DNA of 64,000 nt from Tricharina praecox. Taxonomy: Eukaryota. Where the stretch lies: contig NW_026250413.1 in NCBI RefSeq assembly GCF_024521635.1, forward strand, positions 124,001-188,000, written 5' to 3'. The stretch's first letter is position 1, and the number at the start of each line of letters is the position of its first letter. The notes below the pieces were generated by a model. The model did no database searches and was not told where the DNA came from. It worked only from the letters and a program-made list of their open reading frames with translations. The translations under genes were made by a program, and so were the position numbers. Of this stretch, positions 12,520 to 23,719 are shown one piece after another.

Positions 12520-12850
12520 CCGCGAAGAAGGAAGAAAAAGGTGGAAGGAAAGTGAGATGGAGAAGGGTTGAAGGAGAGGTGGAAGGAAAGGTGGAGGCAA
12601 AGTGGGATGAGAAAGATGAAAGGAAAGGTGGATGGAAAGTGGGAAGGAGAAAAACGGGAGGAGAAAGGTGGATGGAGAAAGGTGGAAGGAGAAGGGTCGA
12701 AGAAAAGTGGGAAGGAAGGTGGATGGAGAAAGGTGGAAGGAGGGTGGGATGGAGAAACGCAGGAGAAAGGTGGAAGTGGGAGGAGAAAGGTGGAGGGAGG
12801 TGGATGGAGGGAGGTGGATGGAGAAAGGTGGAAGGAGAAAAGTGGAAGTA
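12520..12850 (+). repeat. Polypurine low-complexity repeat (GGTGGAAGGA / GGATGGAGAAAGGTGGA units)
   Basis: About 330 bp that is strongly purine-rich on the plus strand, with recurring 10-20 bp units. Confidence 0.85.
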
Positions 12851-13655
12851 AGGTGCTTCTTTTCACGAGTTAGGGCTACACCTTATTTGCTAGTGGGGTC
12901 GAAGCACATCTGATAATATCGCTGACCACATGATTGTGTCGTGTTATATCTCTTATCCAGAGACTTAGAATGGTGGATGGCAAGTGCGAGTGAGAGGGAG
13001 AACACCAGTTTATTTCGCGATGGGTGCGAGTGATGTGAGGATATCTATGGCGTTTACTCATCCGTTAGCGAGCGACGCAGTGACGCCAACCGAGTCCATT
13101 TTTGGTTTTTGTTTCGTCGTTATAGATCCGCTCGCTGTAGAAGAATTCTGTGCATGTGTTTTCTAGGGAAAGTCGAACGAGCACTTATGCGTTATGGTCA
13201 GATGAATATTGGGGAGTATAGAAACACCATCATACTGTTACACCCAGGGAGCTGGCAACATAGGTATCTCAGACACATCGGAATACATATGGGTACAGAT
13301 AAAGTCAGCATTGGACTATTGGCAGTCATCAGGGGAGCATTGCATGAGGTAATAAACCTGCACAGTTACAGTCATTGAAGAAATGACCCTACCCACCAAA
13401 CAGAAATGACTCTAGCCATCGAGCAGGAATGACTGAGTCAATCCGCGTGGTGACGCCGAGTGATATTCCCTGACTCTCAAGGTCATCCTCCGCAGCCGCA
13501 TGTACCTACCTCAAGCCATACTCCAATGTCCACGTCTTCAAGTGCACTTTAATGATATCAAACAGGTATTTAATCAACCGCGCTCCCAAGATATATGTAC
13601 AGTACGAACGAACGAAACCCGCATCAAACATTAAACCCCCATCCCGCAACAAGCA

Positions 13656-15541
13656 TTAAACCATTGCCCTCATCGCGAGCACCAACAAAACCAACACCAC
13701 CACCGCGGTTAACGTAAACCACATCTCCTTATTCCCCCTCAGCAGTGCGCGATGAGCATGGAACTGCTCGTTGGTAACCCACGGGGCCGTCATGCCATGA
13801 TTATCGAGGATCTGTTCCGCCGTGATCTTCGCACCGGCGAGACAGACTGGCACGCCTGTGCCAGGATGTGTGCTCGCGCCAACGAAGTAGCAGCCCTCGA
13901 TAGTGGCGTGCTTTGTGGTCGGGCGGAAGATGAGCACGTTAAAGAAGTTGTGCGAGAGGCCGAGGATGGCGCCCTGGTGCAGGTTGAACTTCTCCTGCCA
14001 GACTTCCGGCGTGTTGACGATTTCGTTGGTGATCTTGGGACGCAGGTCTTCTCCCGTGCGGGCGAGGATGGTGCGCAGCACGTCTTCGCGGACTCGTGAC
14101 AGGATCGCGTCCCAGTCTTTGTGCTCGCTGGTGAGGTGCCCGCAGGGCACGAGGACTACGAGGGAGTCTCCCGATTCGGGGGCGGCGGATGGGTCCACCC
14201 GCGAGGGGACGTTGACGTAGAAGCTGAGGTCGTCGGGAAGGTCGTGGGCGGTGAAGATGGAATCGAATGAGTCTTTGAAGGAGTCGGCGAGGAAGATGTT
14301 GTGTGTGCCTAGCTTCGGGGCCTTCTCCGATAGCGACCAGTACAGCGAGATCGAGGAACAGCTGTGCGGCCGCTCTTTGAGCTCGGTGGCGGCAGGAGAG
14401 GGTGGGAGGAGCGTGTTGTAGGAGTGCACGAGGTCGGCGTTGAGCACGACGACATCAGCGTGCAGCGCGGTGCCGTCCCCGAGGACGACTCCGGTGGCCC
14501 GCTTGTTGTCGGGAGAGAGCAGAACTTTGGAGACCGGAGTCGACAGGCGATACTGAACACCCATGCGTTCTCCAATGTTGACGAGGATCTCGACGATCCT
14601 GTGAAAGCCGCCACGAGGATACCAAACACCCTCCGCGAGCTCAGTATACTGCAGGAGCGAGTATGTTCCCGGTGCGTCATACGGACTCATCTAAACACCG
14701 TCAGCCTTCCATGTTCCAGCCACCGAACCCAGGAACTCTTACCCCCAAGTACATGCTACCGAACGTAAACGCGCGCCGTAGTCTTTCAGTTTTGAAGTAT
14801 TTCGCCGCTCTCGTGTACTGCCTACCATCAGTCCCACCGCGCATCTCGTACGGGGACAGGATACCTACCACAGACTGGTGCACATGCAGCTTGATGACCT
14901 TCCCGATGAACTCCCAGCGCAGCATACTCTTGAACCCCTCGAAATTCCGCTTGAGCACATGGGTGTAGGAGATATCATAATGGCAATGGCTCTCCTTCAG
15001 AAAGCCCAAGTACCTAAGTGGCCATTGTCAGCTTCCCTCTCACCGCACGCAGGCGTCCCGTCGCACTCACCCTTCAAACCCGTCCGCGCCCTCCCACTTC
15101 TCGATCTCATTCTTCATCCTCGCCAGATCCGAGGACAACTCGACCACCTCGCCATCGCCAAAGTAGATATTGTAATTGGGATCACACTTGAGCAGCTCGA
15201 CGCCCTCCTTCTCGATGGTAGTAGCGAGGTCGCGGAAAGTCTCGTGGAACAGCCGCGGCAGGAGCAGCAGCGACGGGCCCTGATCGAAGCGGTAGCCCTC
15301 GTGGTGGATGAGACTGCAGCGGCCGCCGGTGAAGTCGTTCTTCTCGACCACGGTAACGTCGAAGCCCGCGAGCTGTAGCCGGGCGGCTGTAGCGACGCCG
15401 CCGACTCCCGCGCCTAATTTCTATGCATTAGCCTTCACTCGCTGCCCCGTTCCTCTCCACCGTTGCGGATGTGCAATACGAACCGACAACAATCGCCGTC
15501 TTCCTCTTCTTCTCCTGATGATTCTGGAATGCCTTCTCCAT
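13656..15541 (-). CDS. carB: Phytoene desaturase (CrtI family; Neurospora al-1 / Fusarium carB orthologue)
   Basis: Five exons: 15541-15484, 15413-15071, 15013-14869, 14817-14743, 14690-13656. FAD-binding TAIVVGAGVGGVATAARL, GGRCSL..GYRFDQGPSLLL, FTFGSMYLGMSPYDAPGTYSLLQYTE, SFYVNVPSRVDPSAAP, YFVGASTHPGTGVPVCLAG and a C-terminal hydrophobic anchor. Confidence 0.96.
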
Positions 15542-16752
15542 TGTATTGTATTGTATTATTTCGGCTGTCGTGTTCGATTCTTTCTTTCCCGTGGATTGTA
15601 TCGCTGTCTCTGTCGTCCCAGGCGGATCCGAAAGGCATAAGTACCCCGTACCCGATCGTGCATTCCCTGTCGCCCGCCAACGATCGGACCAAAGCCCCGC
15701 CAAAATATTCACGTCATGGATAACCACATCCTATGTACCCCCCGGTCTCCGATTTGGATCTGTAAAGAAGAATGCCCTAAGAAGCACGCGCAGCACATGT
15801 CATGTCATATATATCGAATGAATGAAGGTACATCAACGGCGGAGATCCGTGGCTTGCACGCGGATCGGTGCCCCTTGCATGGACGACGTGCATTGACTAT
15901 ATTACCGGGCGGCACACGGTAACTACTACATAGAAAAAAAAGCAACACCACGGTCCAGCTTAGCTAGAGTACCCACGAATCTACATATATGCGACAGATA
16001 GCGCATTTCGGACGGAAATCGATATGTATGATAGCTGCCTGATTCCCGATAGAACTCCGGACTCCGGAGTGGGATTCTCGCGTGATCGCGATACGGACGT
16101 CATGTCTGTTATGCTACATAGTTATCCACCTAGAGGATAGTATCCACATGCGAAATGCTCTAGAGAGCTTCACCCCGCTCCGCAGTGAAGACAAGGAACG
16201 CACATGGGACGGACAAACTGAGACCCCGTCTCCGCCGCTTAATGGCAGTTACCGGCGGGAGGACTAAGGTATTTTGTCATTGGGGGATAGTCTATGTGGC
16301 GTCTTGCAGTTTGCGGCTTCGAGGTCTGCGTGATGTCCCACGACTCAACGAGAGAGTGGGGTGGTTCCGGGGGAGGAATGGGGAGACTATGTACGGTACC
16401 TATTCTGGCAGTGGGGAGTAGTCTTTGTGGCCGCGGGCGCCTTGCAGTTTTGCGGCTTCGAAGTTCGAGGTCTGCGTGATGCCCCGCGAGAGAGTGGGAG
16501 TGGTTCCGGGGGAGCTCGATTACTTCACAACACAGAATAGGTATCCGAGAACTCAGTTTCACGTCACATCACGATGCATCACACATCATTCCGCACGATA
16601 TCTAGAGATCATTCAATTGCTGCTTCTTCGCATCTCTTTGAGCAGGACGAGCGAAGAAGCATAAACTATGTGCTAACCGTGCAAAGAAACGAGGAAAACA
16701 GGGTATTGGGTTGGTATATCGAATCATGAATCGTCAAGGCGCTCCCCCAGCT

Positions 16753-18763
16753 CTACCCCCTCATGAGCCACCAAGCCCTCGCCATCCTCGCGATCTTCCC
16801 TCGTTTCCAGCGGCCGGCATTCATTCGTCGGCCGATATCCATGTACCCCTCGACGGCGACTCTGGCGCCGCCTCTCGCCTCGAGCGGCAGTCCCTCGATG
16901 GCCGCTCTGCTCTCCGCATACATCACCTCCGCGGCCTCGAGCAGTCTGCGCCTGAGCCCAAACTCCGCCGCCACGTCTTCCGGACGGTCGAGGACGTCCT
17001 GCTCGGTCACGCCCGCCTGCGAGAGCCACGTGGCGGGAATGTAAACGCGGCCGATCTGCGCGTCCTTGGCGATATCGCGGGCGATGTTTACGTATTGCAG
17101 TGCGATGCCCATCTTCAGCGCGTTGGCCAGGTAGTCGGATAGGTCCGTGGGCGTGGTGACGTCCGCGGAGTGGTAGAATACCAGGTGGCAGAACATTTCG
17201 CCCACGGTGCCCGCAACGCGGTGGCCGTACGTGTGTAGGTCGTTTTCAGTCTGGATCGGCCACGTCTTCTTCTCCGTGTCGAGCGCCGGGAACGTCATGT
17301 CCGTGTGGAAGCCCTCGAGGAGCTCCTCGAGCGGCCGCCGCGGGATCTTGGTGTATGGGAGGGAGAGGATAGGCGTGTGCGCCCAGGCGGGGAACATCGA
17401 GTGGACAAAGTTCTCGAGATCGACGCTGCTACGCTTCGGGTCGTACATGAGAGCCAGCAGTTGCTGGAGACGCTCGAGGGAGCGAGCCGGTTCTGGGGCG
17501 TCGTCGATCAGGTCGTCGGCAGCCCGACAGAATGAGTACAGCGAGATCAGGTCGAGTCTCAATCTGCCCTCGAAAACGCTGCTGGCCATGTAGAAACTCC
17601 GGCTCTTGCGCCTAAGTATATCGATTGATGCCGGAAGTGCGCAGTACTCGTCTCTGGGGAAGCGGCGGGTGAACAATGCCCGCGCCCCATAGGCGAAGAG
17701 CGTTCTGAAGGGAGTAACGCTACGAATATCGGGGAAGAGGGTCGGGAACGCTGTGGTAAGTGCGACAGCGTAATCGAATGCGACGAGGCCGAATACGATG
17801 AGGACGTTTGTTGCCAGGAAGAACACTGCTTCTCTGCGCACTGTTAGACTTGTAGCGATTTCAGGAGGAGAAAGTGGCACTTACTCAATCTCCATTCCAC
17901 TCCACGGCTCAATCCCCAGCTTCGTACCAGTCGAGATCGCCCACGTTCCGCGCCGCAGCGCCAGCGTGTCAACTCCCCACAGGTAAACAGTGGGCAGCAA
18001 AATTGGGAACGCCGTGCACCTCAATGGCAGCGACAGAATGTGCCGGTACGCGATACACCTATGGTCATTAGCCCACAGCCGTCGCAGCTGAAAAAGAGAA
18101 CTCACCACAGCGTCAACACGAATGGTCCAGCCCAAGCTATGAGCAGTCCCATATACTTCCCCTCACCACCGCTGCTCACCATCCCCACCGCCTTGACAAT
18201 ACCGTAGGCCAGCGCTGCCGCAACCACCGCACCGATGGACCTCTGCCTCCTGACTCGCCACCTGTTCGCCTGCTCATTGATCTCGCTCAGGTATGCCACG
18301 TGGGCAGTCGCCTTATTGCATAGTAGGTAGATCATCGTCGTATTGTACGTCTGCACGAAGAAGAAGAAGACCTCCTCGACGGGGATCTTGAACAGCGTGT
18401 AGCCCAAGACGGCGTCGGGAGGGTAGGTCCATATTCCAGCGGAGACCAGATACGAGTCCCAAGGGATAGTCGAGAGAACCGCGATCTAATTCATCAAAAG
18501 GGACTTTCTTTAGCTGGTTGTAACTCGCACGCGCGCGCTGGAGATGTGCGTTCCGGAGCATACCGTCAGGAGAAAGACAATCTTGCAAGTGTCCAAGTGC
18601 GTCTGCAGCGGTCGGTAGAGCGCGGTCAGGAACAGCGCGGGGGGAATCGTGTACTTGACGTGTCTGTAAAGCGCCGCCGCCGCCGTCAGTCAACCTCAAC
18701 CTCAACCTCAACCTCACACTTCCGCCAGAAGGATCCTTACACGAGCGCATAATCCGCACCCAT
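16753..18763 (-). CDS. carRA: Bifunctional lycopene cyclase / phytoene synthase (al-2 / carRA)
   Basis: Five exons (approx. 18763-18741, 18663-18564, 18485-18106, 18058-17885, 17833-16753). Cyclase motifs [39 protein letters not shown] and [17 protein letters not shown]. Synthase motifs [23 protein letters not shown] and [23 protein letters not shown]. Confidence 0.96.
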
Positions 18764-20394
18764 AGTGACTGATAATTAATAGATACGCTTAAGCAGGAAC
18801 AACCGACAACTCTTGGTGCTCAATTCTCAAACGTGAAAGAAGAAGAAAACTTGAAGAACAGGAGGAAAAACGAACGATAAAGTGCCTTTTCCCCCTCGCC
18901 TCCTGGCCAGGTGATTTAAGGGGACCTCCTCAGAGACACCCCCACCCCGATAGACCTCTCAGGTGAATTGGGTACATCCATCGAGAAAATAATCGGCGCC
19001 AGAGACATAGCTATCCGCCGGAGACTCGGAGGAACAGAAAAAAAGTCATGTCGTCATGATTCTGCGGGATCCCTGGAACATTAGGGATGCAGGGGTGTCC
19101 CATCTGATCTCGGCGTGGGCGTCGAGCTGGCGCGAATCGTGGGCGCGCCAGTCGGTCGGTCGGTCGGTTCTCTGGGCAGTTAGCTACTTGCGGGGAAGCT
19201 GGTGAATATGCTCTAGAAAGCTCGAGACATGGAGGATGGAAAGTGGAGAGACAAAGTCCAGAGATCGCAGCTGGGGTGCGCCTTGAGTCGCACGATGCAG
19301 CCCCGGACAGGATACACAGGCGCAACGACTGCGGTGCATGGATCAGACTGCCTACCTAAGCGATCATTACGCCCATGCACGGGCCCGTGCATAGGGCGTC
19401 CGAGAATTGGCGCTGTGTCAAGTTGCGAATATCCGTGGGTGACATCTCGTGAATGAAGTTTTTTTACATTCCTGACGATAAAGCCTATTACGCCGCGAAC
19501 CTTTGTAACGGCGGCTGCGGCCCGCCATTTCGGGTGAATGGGCGTTGCCACCGGCCATGCTGCTCTATCATAGTAGATAACCGTCTGCCGAAAGCTACCT
19601 ACCCTAGATAACTTATCGAAGAACAGCAAAACGGTGAGAGACCCCCGACGGGGACGGGCAAGTTGCAACTGATGAGACTAATTCAATTGGTTGACTAAAA
19701 GCAACAAGAATAAAAGCAAGCCTGCGAGATCCGGACCGAACAACCTCAAAGTACCTCTGATGTGTTGAACAATACACCGCCCGACCAGACAATCCCACGA
19801 TGGGGAAACTAGCGTTCCGGAATCCGTGTATACTTGCCCGTTTCCTGCCGATCGTTATCCGAAAAAATAGCCCTGGCAAAACGTCACTTCCTCTCCCGAG
19901 TCCCGTTGCGTGCCAGGTCATCGGGATTCAGGGTCCGTCAGGGTCCGTCAGGGTGGAGGTGGCGAATCGACTCATTGACACCTCCCTGCGGTCTCAGCCG
20001 TCATCAGTTCAAAGACAGAGTCCGCCAGCTCTGGGCGGCACGTTTAAATGTATCGGCAGCCTGAACGCGTGGTGCGGATACGGTGTGTTGGATCCCGTGA
20101 CAGAAGACTTAGCCTCTTCTCGATGAGACGCAGCCATCGCATCGACACGAAGGCTCTCAGTCCACCGTCCACGCTCGACCAAACGATAACGATAACAATC
20201 AGAGTCTCTTTGTATTCACACGTACTGTACTCTATCTATCTATAGACTTATCAATGAAGCCATCAATCATCAATCATCAACCGCAACCATGTCTACGAGC
20301 CACGTTCTTTCACAAAAACAAAAAAAACAACAAAAACACAAAGCCCAGGTTAAATCCAAATCTCTAACAACTGCACCTTCCATGCACATCGAGG

Positions 20395-21505
20395 TCACTT
20401 TTTCCACACCTTCACACTACGGATCTTCCAATACGCCTCCCCGAACGCCTCGGGATTATCGGTGACATAATCTTCACAAGTATCCGCCAGATGGCCACTG
20501 CATGTCGTTAGTATTGTGAGTTGTGTGAGGAGAAGGGGAGGGACTGACCATCCACTCTCCTGCTCCCAGATCTCTTTCTTGCCTGCCCACATACCACAGA
20601 AGGTGGTGTTTATGACTACCGTATGATCCTTCATCTTGTTCATGCCGCACTGGGTATCTACACTGAGCACGGGCGTTCCCCACGTCTCCGGATTCGGAGT
20701 CCCCTGGTTCACATCGCACGGCACGTCATCCCTCGGGAAGAACCAAGTCCTGACTCGCTTATCCGTCCACTCCATAGCATACACACCGCCCTTCCAGCCC
20801 GGTCTGCCATAGCTTTCCTCTCGCGGATCAAAAGTCATGAGGTATTGGGCCGACTTCTGCAGGGTGCAATACGGTGTTTTTGTCCAGCCAGTCATTTGGT
20901 CATGCGCCGCAGGGACGAACTGACAGCTGCAGTCGCCGGGGGAGACGTGGATGGTCTGAGAATTATTCCGAGCGTTGTGGACATTCTCGATGATATCGAT
21001 CTCGCCGAGCTCTGGCCAAGGGGACGTAAGACCGTAAGTCCAACTGTTCGCATGGATGTATCAGCTCCGTAATCCCCTGTACCCAAAGAAGGATTCCTCA
21101 CAAAGCCGGCCACACGCCACAGCCATACGGCATGTGATCGACGTCCAATAGGAACAGTCCATGCGTGAACAGCATCTTGCTCTCGACCCGGACGGAGGGG
21201 CGGCCGTCAGGTGCGCGGGCCCAGTGGTCGACTCCCATATAAACGTATCCCTGGTCCGGCCTCTGCTGAATCAGTCCCATTTTCTCCGCATCCGGGCGAG
21301 TCTGGTATTGAACATGGCCGGAGGTTGGTTCATCGGTCTATTCCAAGCCCCCACACATCAGCGGAATCACTACGATGGAGAAGGGGATTACCCTGAAGTC
21401 GAAGTGGTCAAAGAAGTTGTTTGGATTGGCATCTAGGACGAGAGTTGTGTACTGTTCGGCCACGACAGCGGCGGCGGCAAGAATGGGGAGAAGCAAGAAC
21501 TTCAT
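20395..21505 (-). CDS. Secreted glycoside hydrolase family 16 (endo-1,3(4)-beta-glucanase-like)
   Basis: Signal peptide MKFLLLPILAAAAVVA. Spliced motifs FFDHFDF..DEPTSGHVQY, GRPSVRVES, HMPYGCGVWPAFW, catalytic WPELGEIDIIE, GGVYAMEW, INTTFCGMWAG and NPEAFGEAYWKI. Introns at 21338-21391, ~21044-21101 and 20498-20548. Confidence 0.92.
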
Positions 21506-22559
21506 AATGGATAAGATTAAAGATATTTATGACGAACTATTAATAGGTAGGAATGGATGGTAACTTGTAAGAGGATGGATTCTTAAGATGATGGATGGTT
21601 AAGAGGATGGATGTGTGGGGTGCGAGGAAGGAAGGGAACAACAAAGAAGACGCTATGGGGGCTTAAGTTTGCAATGGGCCAATATGGACACTGGGAGGGA
21701 AGAGCTGGCTATGTTTTGGTGGGTGTAACGGCCGCTGTGGCCGGATATTTTAGAGAGCAATGACACGACGTCAAGTCTGCATATAGAGACTACTGTCAAG
21801 CTTGATATACACAACACCTTCACCCTGAATGCGAGCCCGCAAGATCTTGTTTCAATTTTATTCCATCATTGAGTTGCATGCGAACCAACAAGACCATGAC
21901 AATGTACTCACAGCCGGTTCCTCTCCTCCGCAGTCGCCGCAGCAGTCTGGTGGCCGCTTCCTGTCCCCGCTCTATCCACAACAGCAAACCGCACGTATCA
22001 AATAACAAAAGCAAGAAGTACATCCCATCACCAGACGGACTCGTGGATCGTGGTGGTGACCACAGGAACCATCGAGAAGGAGCGGTGCGGTATGTTCTTC
22101 AAGTCTTGTCTAGGAGCTACATAAAGCTACAGCTACAAGAGAGAGAGAAAGAGAAAGAAACCCAAACTTGGACCCGCTGCCGCACCGAATGTTCCAGCTT
22201 CCAAGCACCCACCAGATACTGTTCCTCCGAACGGCGGTTATACTACCCGGAAGAAGGGACACACTCTCTCCAGCATTCTCGTTCACAAAGATCCGATGCC
22301 CAGGCTGCCCAGAAGATCTCCCTCCTATTCGCGCTCCCATTCACGCGGATTTCAGGATCAGATACCGATACATCATACATGAAGCACAGGGTGAGAGCCT
22401 ATGATGCCTGTCTCTACCAGTATACCAGTACCAGCACCTAGTCCCGGTAACTACCGGTAAGTGAAATTCGAGTCTTCAAGAAGCCACGGCCTACGGTGTG
22501 TGCTGTGTACCTATATCTCTTATGGTATCTTCAGTAAACCTGCTGTGGTGGGGTGGTAG

Positions 22560-22745
22560 AGGAGCTATCAGCGAGAGGAGGAGTTGTATGTGAGAGGAGA
22601 AGGAACTGTCAGCGAGTGGAGAAGCTGTCGGTGAGGAGGAGGAGTTGCGGCGGGAGTAGCAGTAGGAGTTGCGGCGGGAGTAGCAGTAGCAGATGCGGCG
22701 AGAGGAGGAGGAGCTGCGGCGAGAATAGTAGATGTGGTGAAGAAG
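22560..22745 (+). repeat. Degenerate 21-24 bp tandem repeat (GCGGCGGGAGTAGCAGTAGGAGTT-like)
   Basis: Visible repeated units; minus-strand reading gives LLLPPQ/LLLSPH repeats. Confidence 0.7.
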
Positions 22746-23719
22746 CATGAGTATAGAATTGAGGGTTGGTGAAGGTGGAGGTTTGAGGAGATGAGAAGAG
22801 ACTTGACAACCGGAACTGCAGCTTTAAGGCGGACTTCAACAGACGCTATTCCTATCCAAGCGGGCCTGATACTACGGCTTCACCCACGCAAACGTTTTTA
22901 AATCGACACCCTTAACCCAGATACCCAGAACCCCTTAACTGCACGACAACTCATAATACTACACTACATCTAATCTACTTCGTCTTCTTCCTGTACGGTA
23001 CTATACACGCAAAATCAGCAACTCCCACGTCACTACACTACACACGGAGCCACATACGCAGAGTGAATGAATAGGCGGCCTGCATAGGATTGCCGGAGAA
23101 GCTTCCGCCGGAGGAGCTAGCCGTGCTCTCAACAGGAAACGCGCGTTTGAATGGGTTGACCTCCGGCTTGACGATTTTCTGCCGGGGACCGTGCTAAGCA
23201 GGGACCACGAGAAGCCGCCGCCGCTGGTGGTGATCGCGGCAGCTTTGCGGCTGTTGATCGACGACTCCCCCCCCCCCCCCCCCCCCTCCCTTCCCCTCCC
23301 ACCCCCAACCTGTGTCTTACAGCCCGTTTTCTCCCTTCGCCCAGCTTTCCCAACATTTCCAAGCAACCGGCCAACCGAACGAAGAGAGTAACATACCATT
23401 GCCAGGTATTCGTGAGGAGATACCATCTCCTCTCCTTCTAAGTAGCCAAAATCTAAAGCAGAGGCAAAAAACCAAAAACCAAAAACAAAGGAGAAACTGT
23501 AGAACAGAAAGGGAGAAAAACGAACAATCTAGAAATGGAAGGAATAGATAGGTAGGTAACAGCACGCCCAGCCGTAGAATGTACATTGTACACAGTAATC
23601 GACAGAGGGGGAAATTAGGATGATCCGCAGCAAAAAAGGGAAGTAGTGCATCGGGAATGACGTGAGGATAGATAATTGGGGGGAGGACGGCAAGTCTAAG
23701 TTGGAAGAAACATGCCTCC

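Noticed and set aside
12333..12913. Several ORFs (W/K/E/G-rich or F/P/S-rich)
   Set aside because: Artefacts of the stop-poor purine-rich repeat.
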